Assembly (NCBI GenBank): GCA_965285935.1
Contig: OZ260665.1
Span: forward strand, 16,616,001 to 16,680,000
Direction: 5' to 3'
Origin: Ophelia neglecta
Taxonomy: Eukaryota
Length of the DNA: 64,000 nt
The translations under genes and the position numbers were made by a program. This document shows positions 39,585 to 52,551 of the stretch, one piece after another. Under the pieces are notes generated by a model that was not told where the DNA came from, searched no databases, and saw nothing but the letters and a program-made list of their open reading frames with translations. Each line of letters starts with the position of its first letter. Position 1 is the stretch's first letter.

Positions 39585-41832
39585 TAGATCTAAAAGAAGT
39601 ATAAACGAAGACCAAATCATGTACATGGCCTTTGTGTAGTTGATGTTGCCTCCCTGAATTGATATTAACATTTCTAGAGACGTGTACGGTCCTGGTCTGA
39701 ATATATGAGAAACAGAGACTCCTTAGCTCGGACCAGGTTGGAAACAAATCGGAATCAGATTTCCAGGGATAATAGTGTAGATGTTTGAGGAAATCAGCCA
39801 ACTTCTGGCTCCAAACACAGCTTCAGAATCAATCAATTTTACGACAATAGACTTTCAAATGGTTTTTTTGTAGCTCAACTCTAACATAAAGTCGAAGGAT
39901 TTTTTTGTTTGTAGCAAGCACCCGCCATCTCGGATGTGAAGGCCAAGACACAAAGCGATCTGTCATAATGAGATTAGCCGAGATGAGGTTTGGGGAATGA
40001 ACCTCGGGCGTTGGGGCTGATCAGGGGGCTCGGCGTTCATCCTTCTCGGCTGAAGGTCACCTCTAGCCTCCCTCTCCCACCTCACCCCAAGCCCGCTGCG
40101 TATTCCTAGCACAATGAAGGCAGCCGTCATGTCTCCCTTAATTGGTGGCTTGGAGCTCGATAGTTATCAGGGCGAAAGTCTGAATCGACTCCTGATTGGG
40201 GCGTTCCATCAAATGTGATTTGGATCCCAGAGCCCTGCTTTCGTATTCCTCAGAAATTCGTTTAATTTGCTGGGGACTCAAGTTGCTGTTTGCCCGTTCC
40301 TGATTTGCATCAGCAATTGGCAGCTCCCGGGGGAATCGCGCCGTAATTCAGTGGCCGAGCAAACAAGAACCTCATCCGACACACAGACTTATCATCGATC
40401 CGCGAACTGGAGTGCGGAACCCGCCTGGCAAGGGGCAACGTCAGGGCAAAATAGTTAACATTACTACGGAGGAATCTGTGCCCCGTGACAGCTACCAACA
40501 AGGTCGTCTGCCACAGACAATAGTCCCGCAGTCAAACAATAGTACCGCACTCAATCTCCTACGTAATTCAGTGTCATCTCGGGAGATAGCGGGCCGGTTT
40601 GTATAATGTAATAAAAAATCTTGCCAAATCTGTTTAACCAGCTCTTCTTATCAGCACAGTTTATGGGCCTCGGGTCTAACATTTACCCGCGAGATTCCCT
40701 ACTCAGATGGAGATTTGGCGGGGTTTAATTCCCCGGCCCCTGGCTGTACTTTACGCGATGTCACCGGGAGCTCGGATTAAGCCCGCGGGCTGAGCAGCTT
40801 ACGGGAGGGTGCGATCTAGATTCGTCGGGATCTCCCGTGTCAAGGTGCGGGTCACTTCCGTTACCAGAATGCCTTGCGCCCCAGGGCCACCGGAAGCTAG
40901 AGATCCAGGCCTCTGCGCACTGATTGTATAATTCGCAGCGGGTTTTCATCTATCCGGGCTCAAAACGCTGGGATAAGCTTTCATCATTCACCGCTGGCAG
41001 CTGCTTCAACAGACGTTGTCATGGAAACCGGAAAAGAAGGCGACATACAATAAATCACGGGCCAAGCGGAAGAATCTATTTCCTTTGGCGGAGGGTTATG
41101 TTTCTGGTGGGTTTTAACTGCGGCGGAGAGACACGTGATGTACACTTCGGACGGCTTTAAACCGGTTTATTCCTGCCTTCGCTCTTAGCAATGAAATGTG
41201 ACCTCTTCTTGACCTTGAACAAATAAACAAATATTTATTTTCTCCTTTGAATTATTTGAACTCTTTAACTTGGATGGTTTTGTCAGCTAATCCTAACTCT
41301 TCCTTTTTTAGGGGTTCAATTATACACTTAACACAGTTCAACCAATGAAATACCCATACCCTAACATTAATGATCAACATCTAGATTAAATCATTAAAAT
41401 ACAATGGCCTGTCGTTAATAACTTCTACCAAATTAGGTGTAGTGGGTCGGGAGTTGGCTGGGTGTTGCTAGGGTGGGTCGGGTTTGGGTGGGGTGTGTGT
41501 GAGTGGGTGGAAGTTAATATTGCAATTCAAGTTCTATCTTTCTCTCTTCTCAGAAGCTCTGACTGCTATAGGTTCTTAAATCTATAAGTGACCCCCCTCC
41601 CCCTCCCCAAACCCCACCCGCCCTTCCTCTGTGCGTTCATGGGTAGCAGTGAGATGCCTATTCGCCATTTTAATATCTAGTATTTCATTACAACAAAAGA
41701 CTTTGAAATGAACTAAATCCAAATTCACCGAGCTAAAAAAATTTTTTTTAAAATCGGTGCACACAACTTCGGTATACAAGAAAGGTCTCCTAGAAGGAAG
41801 CGAAATATCAAGAAAAGGGTGATCTGAATATA

Positions 41833-42010
41833 CAGTGAAACCTGCCTTAAAGACCACCTCTATAATCAGACCACCTGTGAATTCAGACCATTTATCGGAA
41901 GACCACACTTAACATTTTTAATGTGACATAACCTGTCTAAACAAACCACCTCCATAATCAGACCAGTGTTTTCCAGTCCCATGGGTGGTCTCAATTCACA
42001 GGTTTCACTG
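41833..42010. mobile_element. MITE family 1
   Basis: TA|cagtgaaacctg ... caggtttcactg|TA; 178 bp. Confidence 0.94.
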
Positions 42011-42675
42011 TACAATTATTGGGCCTAGATAAGATTGTTTCTGTAACACACAATGCGTAGGTATATGTATATGCCTATAAGGCGTAGATGGAACTGTATA
42101 AATGGTAAACCAAACATGACGGATTGATTGAAGTAGTTTTATGTTGATTCACACAAATTACATGTTTTAACAGTCAAATAAATAGAATAAAATCAAAACG
42201 TAAAAAATGAGAAGACAGCGCTGTATTCACTGAGTATCCGAGAAATAATATTTAGCTATAATAGAGATTTGCAAAGTAAAATACTGGAGGAGAATACGGT
42301 TATGATATCAAAATTAACTAACTAATGAAGATATAAAAAGAAAAGAAACTAGTTTCCAAGCATTTCAAAATCTATGGAAATGGTACAGCTGGATTGCTGC
42401 TTTAGTTGGACGAACCAGGATAGGACAAAATGACTCAAGTCAGAAAAACACAAAGGATGAAAATTGGCAGTTGAGTAAGAATGATATGAAGGCTTAGCGT
42501 GATTTGCAATGGAAACTATAGAGCAATACACATTCAGGAACTGATCGCCACATTTCGAAAATGAAAATCTTGTGTCTGCGAAAATTGACTAATTCCCTTT
42601 GTTGTATGGATCTACAGTGTCTATATGTCCTGTGGGGTTGGGTAGTCTACTTGGTTATAATGATTTGTCTTCCGG

Positions 42676-45600
42676 TCGGGGTCAGGCGCGTGTTGCTCAT
42701 ACATCGGGGTCAGACGCGGGTTGCTCATACATCGGGGTCAGACGCGGGTTGCCCATACATCGGGGTCAGACGCGTGTTGCTCACACATCGGGGTCAGACG
42801 CTGGTTGCTCACACATCGGGGTCAGACGCGGGTTGCCCATACATCGGGGCCAGACGCGTGTTGCCCATAAATCAGGGTCAGACGCGGGTTGCTCGTACAT
42901 CGGGGTCAGACGCGGGTTGCTCGTACATCGGGGTCAGACGCGGGTTGCCCATACATCGGGGTCAGACGCTGGTAGCACACACATCGGGGTCAGACGCGGG
43001 TTGCCCATACATCGGGGTCAGACGCGGGTTGCCCATACATCGGGGTCAGACGCGGGTTGCCCATACATCGGGGTCAGACGCGGGTTGCCCATACATCGGG
43101 GTCAGACGCGGGTTGCCAATACATCGGGGCCAGACGCGTGTTGCCCATAAATCAGGGTCAGACGCGGGTTGCTCGTACATCGGGGTCAGACGTGGGTTGC
43201 CCATACATCGGGGCCAGACGCGTGTTGCCCATAAATCAGGGTCAGACGCGGGTTGCTCGTACATCGGGGTCAGACGCGGGTTGCCCATACATCGGGGCCA
43301 GACGCGTGTTGCCCATAAATCAGGGTCAGACGAGGGTTGCTCGTACATCGGGGTCAGACGCGGGTTGCTCGTACATCGGGGCCAGACGCGGGTTGCCCAT
43401 AAATCAGGGTCAGACGCGGGTTGTTCATACATCGGGGTCAGACGCGGGTTTCTCATACATCGGGGTCAGACGCGGGTTTCTCATACATCGGGGTCAGACG
43501 CGGGTTGCACACACATCGGGGTCAGACGCGTTTTGCCCATAAATCAGGGTCAGACGCGGGTTGTTCATACATCGGGGTCAGACGCGGGTTTCTCATACAT
43601 CGGGGTCAGACGCGGGTTGCACACACATCGGGGTCAGACGCGTTTTGCCCATAAATCAGGGTCAGACGCGGGTTGCCCATACATCGGGGCCAGACGCGTG
43701 TTGCCCATAAATCAGGGTCAGACGCGGGTTGCTCGTACATCGGGGTCAGACGCGGGTTGCTCGTACATCGGGGTCAGGCGCGGGTTGCCCATACATCGGG
43801 GCCAGACGCGTGTTGCCCATAAATCAGGGTCAGACGCGGGTTGCCCATACATCGGGGCCAGACGCGTGTTGCCCATAAATCAGGGTCAGACGCGGGTTGC
43901 TCGTACATCGGGGTCAGACGCGGGTTGCTCGTACATCGGGGTCAGGCGCGGGTTGCCCATACATCGGGGCCAGACGCGTGTTGCCCATAAATCAGGGTCA
44001 GACGCGGGTTGCCCATACATCGGGGCCAGACGCGTGTTGCCCATAAATCAGGGTCAGACGCGGGTTGCTCGTACATCGGGGTCAGGCGCGGGTTGCCCAT
44101 ACATCGGGGCCAGACGCGTGTTGCCCATAAATCAGGGTCAGACGCGGGTTGCCCATACATCGGGGCCAGACGCGTGTTGCCCATAAATCAGGGTCAGACG
44201 CGGGTTGCTCGTACATCGGGGTCAGGCGCGGGTTGCCCATACATCGGGGCCAGACGCGGGTTGCCCATAAATCAGGGTCAGACGCGGGTTGCTCGTAAAT
44301 CGGGGTCAGACGCGGGTTGCTCGTACATCGGGGTCAGACGCGTGTTGCCCATAAATCAGGGTCAGACGCGGGTTGCTCGTACATCGGGGTCAGACGCGGG
44401 TTGCCCATAAATCAGGGTCAGACGCGGGTTGCTCGTAAATCGGGGTCAGGCGCGGGTTGCCCATACATCGGGGCCAGACGCGTGTTGCCCATAAATCAGG
44501 GTCAGACGCGGGTTGCACACACATCGGGGTCAGACGCGTTTTGCCCATAAATCAGGGTCAGACGCGGGTTGCTCGTACATCGGGGTCAGACGCGGGTTGC
44601 TCGTACATCGGGGCCAGACGCGTGTTGCCCATAAATCAGGGTCAGACGCGGGTTGCTCGTACATCGGGGTCAGACGCGGGTTGCTCGTACATCGGGGTCA
44701 GACGCGGGTTGCTCGTACATCGGGGTCAGACGCGGGTTGCCCATACATCGGGGTCAGACGCTGGTTGCACACACATCGGGGTCAGACGCGTTTTGCCCAT
44801 AAATCAGGGTCAGACGCGGGTTGTTCATACATCGGGGTCAGACGCGGGTTTCTCATACATCAGGGTCAGACGCGGGTTGTTCATACATCGGGGTCAGACG
44901 CGGGTTTCTCATACTTCAGGGTCAGACGCGGGTTGTTCATACATCGGGGTCAGACGCGGGTTTCTCATACATCAGGGTCAGACGCGGGTTGTTCATACAT
45001 CGGGGTCAGACGCGGGTTTCTCATACTTCAGGGTCAGACGCGGGTTGTTCATACATCGGGGTCAGACGCGGGTTGCCCATACATCGGGGCCAGACGCGTG
45101 TTGCCCATAAATCAGGGTCAGACGCGGGTTTCTCATACATCGGGGCCAGACGCGGGTTGCCCATAAATCAGGGTCAGACGCGGGTTGTTCATAAATCAGG
45201 GTCAGACGCGGGTTTCTCATACATCGGGGCCAGACGCGGGTTGCCCATAAATCAGGGTCAGACGCGGGTTGTTCATACATCGGGGTCAGACGCGGGTTTC
45301 TCATACATCGGGGCCAGACGCGGGTTGCCCATAAATCAGGGTCAGACGCGGGTTGTTCATACATCGGGGTCAGACGCGGGTTTCTCATACATCGGGGTCA
45401 GACGCGGGTTGCCCATACATCGGGGTCAGACGCGGGTTTCTCATACTTCAGGGTCAGACGCGGGTTTCTCATACTTCAGGGTCAGACGCGGGTTTCTCAT
45501 ACTTCAGGGTCAGACGCGGGTTGCCCATACATCGGGGCCAGACGCGGGTTGTTCATACATCAGGGTCAGACGCGGGTTTCTCATACATCGGGGCCAGACG

Positions 45601-45892
45601 CGGGTTGTTCATACATCAGGGTCAGACGCGGGTTTCTCATACTTCAGGGTCAGACGCGGGTTTCTCATACTTCAGGGTCAGACGCGGGTTTCTCATACAT
45701 CAGGGTCAGACGCGGGTTGCCCATACATCGGGGCCAGACGCGGGTTGTTCATACATCAGGGTCAGACGCGGGTTTCTCATACATCGGGGTCAGACGCTGG
45801 TTGTTCATACATCGGGGTCAGACGCTGGTTGTTCATACTTCAGGGTCAGACGCGGGTTTCTCATACATCGGGGTCAGACGCGGGTTTCTCAT
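42676..45892. repeat. 28-bp satellite array, ~115 copies
   Basis: Consensus acatcggggtcagacgcgggttgcccat; the first (42681) and last (45873) gtcag are exactly 114 x 28 bp apart. Confidence 0.98.
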
Positions 45893-46377
45893 TTTTATAG
45901 CTAGGATCTTAATCGCCGAAATACATCCCCAGAAATATTGATGCTGTGGAGGTAATTCGTATTTAGAGTTCCAAACCTCTGATTTTAACACAATCTAACG
46001 ATACCCGTGCCCTACCCGAGCGCCCTCTATTTGCTATTAGGTGACTTTATCGCTGTCCCGTCGGGCACCGACGGGGAGGGCTACCTTTATGGCCCAGCGT
46101 GCGCCTTGAAGGTCATAAATGGGGTCATTGGGTCCCGGCAGTAGTTGACCTCCCGGCCCTCGACTTACAAACATGTCAACGAGAGTGTCCGGGAGACGGT
46201 CTTCCGCAGGGCGGTCCGGTTCCCGTCCGTCCGCCCTCCTCCGCGAGGTCCGGCAAGCAGGATACATCTCTCCGGCCCACCTGTCCCTCATTGTACTCGT
46301 CTTCATGTCCTGTACCTCTTTCCTGGGCGTGCTTCTCTAACTTGGTGTCGGTGGAACAGGAAAAATGAGGCTTCCAT

Positions 46378-46580
46378 CAGTGGCAGTTCCAGGATTTCAG
46401 GAAGGGGGGGGGGGGCAAATTTTCCAAAGTTGACAAGGCAAATGTCTGGATTGTCCCCGGTACCAACCCTCTAAAACCACCTTGCGTAGGTCCGGAAATA
46501 GGCCCTGGTCTGGGCCCACTTTTTGGCAAAGGGGGGGGGGGGGGGCGGGCCCCCTGCTCCCCCCCCCCCATTGTTCCATG
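46378..46580. mobile_element. Degenerate hAT-like MITE remnant
   Basis: Starts cagtggcagttccaggattt+poly-G and ends gggggcgggccccctgctcc+poly-C, a layout common in invertebrate hAT-type MITEs; right TIR and TSD not recoverable. Confidence 0.4.
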
Positions 46581-48032
46581 TAGTGGAATACAGAATCTAT
46601 CCCGCTGTCCCAGCCCCTAGCACTCCTGCCACCAATGACCCCCCTTCTCTCCCCATCTGCCGATCCCTTTAGATCATATTTTTCTCGCCGCCTCCAGCAC
46701 CCCATCCCCGACCCCTTTCCAGCTAATCCCCCCCCCCTCCCCTAGCCCCCGACCCCAGCTGGTGTCCATCCACCCTCTGCCCAGCCCCGAGCCCTCCTCC
46801 ACCATGCACCCCGCCCTCCCTCCACCCTCCTCGCTCTAGCCGCTGGAGACTTGTCTTCCCTGGCCACCGAGATTTAAGACCGGTGCCATCATGGTCAGGA
46901 CTCAGCCGCCTTATTAAATTTACACCGCCCCGCCGGGCGACAGCTCAAACCTCAACCGCGACCTGACTTTCTCATCTAGGCCTATGCCATAAATTTTCAT
47001 TAACACCGGCATGGATGTGTCCCTGACTATATACGATATTAGGTAACCAATGGCCGACAGGAGGGGACTTGGGGACAAGCGGCGAGCTCGGTGGCGACCG
47101 GGATGACCTTGTCAAGACTCCGGAATGCGCGTCGCACCCTCTATAGTTAAAGTTGCAACACGCCGGGGAGAAGGCAGGTGTTTTAGACAGCGTTAAGAAA
47201 ATAAGGAATAGAAATAAAGTTTCCCGAGAAAACTAGTCTCTTACAACATAAATGTCGGCTGCGAAGGCCCCTGTGGAGAAGGGTGTCATTAGAAATCAGA
47301 TAATTACAATACCGGGCGACCAGCAATAGCGGGGGCGGGGTCTGGCGGGAAACCACTGAGCGATAATTAGCGTTCCTGGTCTCAATTATCGTCTGGTAGG
47401 CGGTACCAGCCATTGTGCCGTCGGAATACCGTTCATATTATTACAGACAACTAAATATTCTCTTTGCCGGACTGTTTAGCGAAGTTCCCTCAAATTTAAC
47501 CCAATTATGATGTCATTTCCGGTGTAAGCCTAGTTTTGCATAAAAACACAACAGTGCAGGAAATAATCCGACCAGTAATTTGGAATTTGCCGCAGAATGT
47601 TATTTGCCAGAGTAAACCTAGTTATAGTCCGTGCATCTTAAATCAGAACGCCGCGCATTCAGTTGATAAAACCTACTCTAATCAAAAAGAACGAATAGTT
47701 TTTTGTCAAGTTTAGCCGTGTCGAGTAATACCACAGTGGCTTAATGAAATTAACAAGAACCAGGGGGTCCGCCGCGAGGCATAACCAACAACATTCTGCG
47801 GCGGTGGCTTGCCGGGTGGCTTGCTAAATAACTCAGAATAAATATCAGATGCCCCGCCATACAGGTTAAATTGGAATTTTTCAAGGCTATGCTAACATCC
47901 TTTTAGGATAATTTAGGATGCGGCCATAGATTCAAACAGCTGTGCAGCTATTTCATCGTCTGCTGGGAATACGTGGTCCAATGATTTAGGTCCCATGAAA
48001 ACATTAATGGAGTATTTGAAAGGAACATTGCC

Positions 48033-48100
48033 CAAGTTTACGAATACCACACATTACTTGCATTTTATGTCTGGTTATAAACATTGGATTGTCTGAAATA
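48033..48100 (+). repeat. 68-bp segment, exact inverted copy of 49712-49779
   Basis: caagtttacgaataccacacattacttgcattttatgtctggttataaacattggattgtctgaaata. Confidence 0.95.
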
Positions 48101-48355
48101 GTATATTTTATTATCGCTTATATATTAATAAATTATGAACTATATTTAAATACTTTCCCTCGATAATCAGGAGTGGTCTAGACGGCACATTGAACCAGTT
48201 TTGTTGTTTTGCAGCGCTACCAGACACGGATAATTCTCGCGAGACCCCTTGGTTTCGCGATACTTCTTAGTCTCGCGAGACTTAGGTGTATGGCGAGACT
48301 CCTTAGTCTCAGGTGGGTACTGGTGTTTGTGGCCTGTGGGCGGTGATAGCCTGTC

Positions 48356-48957
48356 GGCGGTGATAGCACCCTCTTAGACCTCCGACACCCCGGGTCTCGG
48401 AGCGGGTCTTGGAGAGGGCCGGTGATAGCCCCCAGCCTCCTCCCAGACCTCCGACAGCCCGGGGCTTGGAGCGGGGCTTGGAGAGGGTTGGTGACAGCCC
48501 CAGCCCCTTCCCAGACCTCCGACACCCCGGGTCTTGGAGCGGGTCTTGGAGAGGGTCGGTGACAGCCCCCCACCCCCTCCCAGACATCCGACACCCCGGG
48601 TCTTGGAGCGGGTCTTGGAGAGGGCCGGTGACAGCCCCCAACCCCCTCCCAGACATCCGACAGCCCGGGGCTTGGAGCGGGTCTTGGAGCGGGTCTTGGA
48701 GAGGGCCGGTGATAGCCCCCAGCCCCCTCTCAGACATCCGACACCCCGGGTCTTGGAGCGGGTCTAGGAGAGGGCCGGTGATAGCCCCCAGCCCCCTTCC
48801 AGACCTCCGACAGCCCGCGTCTTGGAGCGGGTCTTGGAGAGGGCCGGTGACAGCCCCCAGCCCCCTCCCAGACCTCCGACAGCCCGCGTCTTGGAGCGGG
48901 TCTTGGAGAGGGCCGGTGACAGCCCCCTACCCGCTCCCAGCTGACATTCGACACCCT
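48356..48957. repeat. 69-bp minisatellite, ~8-9 copies
   Basis: Unit gggccggtgacagcccccagccccctcccagacctccgacagcccg.gtcttggagcgggtcttggaga (period 48841 to 48910); one unit has an extra 12-bp gggtcttggagc. Confidence 0.95.
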
Positions 48958-49711
48958 CAGACCTTCCTTGTTTCCCGGCGTCAGACATTAACTACCGACA
49001 GGTCTTACTCGGTAAGAGAAGGTTCCGTTTTTTCCTGGATATTAAGGTTATAGGTTATAATCCGGCTCAGCCCGGGTTCCGGACTCCTGACAATACCTGG
49101 CTCTGTGGTACGGCTAGCCGGAGGCACGCTGAGGCCGGGCGAGACCTGGGGGCGGGTTACATTACCCGGACCGTCTCGGGTTCTCTGATCATCGCCCGGG
49201 ACTCATATAGACGGCAATGATTGACAGCAGAGAACACGACTGCTGGATTCTAGATGTAAGAAATGCGGGGGAGTGGCGGGCGGGGTGCTAAATCTGGGAG
49301 GGCGAGGGATGGGTGCGTCCCCCCCCCCCCATGTGGGTCGGAGGGGATAAGGCCCAGAACCTCGGCTAGGTAGTCTTTCTGGAGGAGGAAACCCCTCCCC
49401 CCCCCAGGGTGCCTCTTCCAAGAGGGAAGTACGGGGCCTGCTCTGACCGCCCCCCTCTGGCACAGCACCCTTCCCACACCCTCTCGAAACTGCCTGTAGC
49501 GTCCAGTTAACGGACACACGCCTGTTCTGCCCCCTCTCGGGTTCTGTCCTCCCCCCCCCCCCCAACCCTCACCCAATTGAAAGTTGATAGAAAATATTGC
49601 ATGCAAAGAATAAATCTTACGATAATTGTTCGTAAATGATCAATAGTGTGATTATTGAAGATAAAGAATCGACATATGTTCATTACTTATAAGCAGGCGT
49701 ATATACATATA

Positions 49712-49779
49712 TATTTCAGACAATCCAATGTTTATAACCAGACATAAAATGCAAGTAATGTGTGGTATTCGTAAACTTG
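49712..49779 (-). repeat. 68-bp segment, exact inverted copy of 48033-48100
   Basis: Reverse complement matches 68/68; flanked by taca-tata on the left and agc-tata-tgta on the right. Confidence 0.95.
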
Positions 49780-49885
49780 AGCTATATGTATTGCCTGATG
49801 AATGGCTGCTCCCCCGCAGTCATGAAACTTAAAGTATGAATAATAAAGAGTTTGTTTTATTTTATTTTGAATATATATATACATA

Positions 49886-50064
49886 CAGTGAAACCTGTGA
49901 ATTAAGACCACCCAAGGGACTGGAAAGTACTGGTCTGATTTCAGAGGTGGTCTGTTTCGACAGGTTATTGAACGTTGAAAGTATACATCATGGTCCTCAT
50001 ATTTGTGGTCTGGATTTGAAAGATGGTCTGATTATAGAGGTGGTCTTTGAGGCAGGTTTCACTG
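49886..50064. mobile_element. MITE family 1
   Basis: TA|cagtgaaacctg ... caggtttcactg|TA; 179 bp. Confidence 0.94.
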
Positions 50065-50440
50065 TATAACTTACGGCCTCTGTACACGTCACCCACAGCC
50101 TCTTGGATGGCCTACATCGGTTCTTATACAGACTCTCTCGGGCGGCCCAGACGCCATGCCTTGCCCTTAAGACCAGCTAAGACACCAATCCAAACCGAGG
50201 ACTTAGTCACCCGCTCTAAGGTCTCCGAATGTCATTATATTGGTGTTTTTCAATCAAAATAGGCTTGTTTAAGGTTTATACTTGTCGTGCGGTTCAGGGG
50301 CGGAAGTGGATGAAGAAGAGTTGGGTGGGGTGGGGTGTGGGTTGGGGTGGGGTGTGGTAGGGTGTGGGTTAGGGTGTGGCAGAGGGTGGGATGACGTCAT
50401 ACCACTGCTTAAATATGAAAAGTAGTTTATCAATGCTTAT

Positions 50441-50670
50441 CACCGCCCTCCTCCCCCGCCCCCACCGCCCTCCTCCTCCCCTCTGCCCCACCGCCCTCCT
50501 CCTCTCCCCCACCGCCCTCCTCCTCCCCTTTCCCCCACCGCCTTCCTCCCCCCTCCTCCACCGCCCTCCACCTCTCGCCCCCCTGCCCCTTCACCCCGTG
50601 CCTTTTTCCACGTCCCCCGGTCCACTTCCTTCCCTTTCCCCTTCCCCTTCACCCCTATCCCACCCCACAT
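50441..50670. repeat. C-rich low-complexity tract with ccaccgccctcctcctc repeats
   Basis: About five copies of a ~21-bp unit, then a polypyrimidine tract. Confidence 0.85.
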
Positions 50671-52257
50671 CTTTGTCCGCCCCTGAAGCCGGCCCGTTAC
50701 ATCACCTCTCCTAATCGGACCGGCCGGGCTGGTGGCCCCTCGTCTGGGTACGACCCAGGAGCTCACACGCTCTCTTCACTCCAAAGGCAAGGCAGCTATA
50801 GACGGAAACAAAATGCCAAGAAAAAACTCGTGGAGTCCCAGAAAATAGCTCTGTCAGGAAATGTGAAAGCATGTGGTGGCTTTAAACCTGTGCTTGACAT
50901 TTGTGTGCGCCTCTTTGGTGGGGGTGAAAAAGTTGTGTGAATGTATGTAGTCATGTAATTGTGAGTGAGAAGGCCGAGTTCCGTGAGCGATCGATCTAAG
51001 TTAGGACGGGGGCCGTGATGAGGCCATGGGTTGGGGTAGAGGGGAGAGAGTAGCCCCGGGGGTAATAGGAAAACATGGCCTGAGAGATCCCAGAACCAGG
51101 GGTGCTCGGCCGGACGAGTGGAGGGCAGCCCTGGGGTCGCTGATTGCGGGACGCAATGCATAGGCTGGGCTCTAGGGTCGGCTACGGGATTAACAGACCA
51201 CGGAGCGGGATCATAGCCGGTTCTATAGGGTCGTCAAGGGGAGGCAGCAGTCCTTAAAATGACATTTGTCACCATTTATATGGGAAGGCTGTCCAATACG
51301 ACTATAAGGGTCGCAGAGTGAAGCACAAAACGGTCCCCCTGTAACTGGTGGGCCGGCTGAAGATCGACTGCGAGGACCGTTCTTTATTTGGTCTGTGGTA
51401 GAAGTAAGTCTGGTGTGGGAGGAGGTATCTGGTGCTGCGTGCTGGGGTGAGAGGGTGCGGGTGAGGGGAAGGGCGTGGGAGGGTAGGGTGAGAGTGTGAG
51501 ATTGGTGGGTGTTGGTTTGAGGGATTGGGAGGGGTGCTGGGGGAGAGGGGTTAGGTTGGGTGAGTTGAGGAGTGAGTGCGGGTGGGTTCCAGGAGGGAGG
51601 GTTGGGTAGGCTGAGGTAGGGTTGGTTTGGCCGGGCAGGGAAGCTCGTACCCGAGGAGAACAAAAGCCAGGGAGACGCTCTCAGGCAGTCCGAACGCCCG
51701 GGGTTAATGTACTGGTCCCAGGGCCGCTGTTACCCCGAGGGTAATGTGATTAGCGGTGTGCCCTCTGACCCGGGGAGAGAGCTGGTCCCTGGGGCGAGTG
51801 CCGGTCCCCGGGCCGAGGTCCGGTCCCCGGGGCTAGCCAGTGTCGGAGGTCAAGGTTGACTGATTGGTGTCCGACCTACGAAGGAGATTTGTCCGGGGGC
51901 TGAGTGAGGTGCACTGGGTTCTGCCCAGGTTCCTGGACTTTGGGAGGGATGTCGGTGACATTCAGCCCGTCTCCTGGGGCCGGAGACAGAGGCCACCCAA
52001 TCTCCAGGGCCGGGTAAGGTAATGATTTGACCCAGGGTAGCCCGAGGGCTGCGGGCCTCGAAGGGCGGTGTGTCCTCTCCCGGATCCCTGGCCCGGGCTA
52101 GAGAATGACTTGACCAGCGGAGACCAGATTAACGGGGGGCCTTGAGAAGTGTCCTCCTCGCGGGCAGCTAGCCTGGCCTGGCCGTCAATCGGACCTCGGG
52201 GGTAGGACCGGTTTATTAAGCGATGCAGGGAACAATTCTATTTGCGAAAAAAAACAT

Positions 52258-52551
52258 CCTTCCCCCACAACCTCTAACCTCCTCTCCTCCCCCTCCACCT
52301 TCCTCCTCCCCCTCCCCCCCCCCCTATCCTACCCCCACCTTCCCCCCACCTTACCCCTCCCCCTCCTTCCCATCACCTTCCCCCTCCCCCTCTCCCCCCT
52401 CCTTCCCCCTTCCCCTCCCCCTCCCTCTCCCGTTCCCATCTCCCCTCCTCCTCTTCACCTCTTCCTCCCCTCCTTAACTTTCCCCACTCCCCTCCTCCCC
52501 AACCCCCACCTTACCCCCCCCCAATTAACCCCTCCTCCCCCCCTCTCCTCC
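52258..52551. repeat. Polypyrimidine (C/T) low-complexity tract
   Basis: About 290 bp almost entirely C/T on the + strand. Confidence 0.9.

Noticed and set aside
42561-45941. Long ORFs (up to 541 aa) with HTSGSDAGCPYIGVRR repeats
   Set aside because: They arise from a 28-bp unit (not a multiple of 3) lacking stops; the same peptide appears in all three frames, which is satellite behaviour rather than codon-level selection.
9775-48957. CRISPR-like appearance of the 20-, 28-, 34- and 69-bp arrays
   Set aside because: Units are contiguous with no unique spacers, there are no cas genes, and the context is eukaryotic.
48217-49053. 214-aa and overlapping ORFs with a 23-aa period
   Set aside because: Products of the GC-rich 69-bp minisatellite, open in several frames on both strands; no domain or splice context.
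50376-52477. Pro-rich and Gly-rich ORFs
   Set aside because: Translations of C-rich and G-rich low-complexity tracts.
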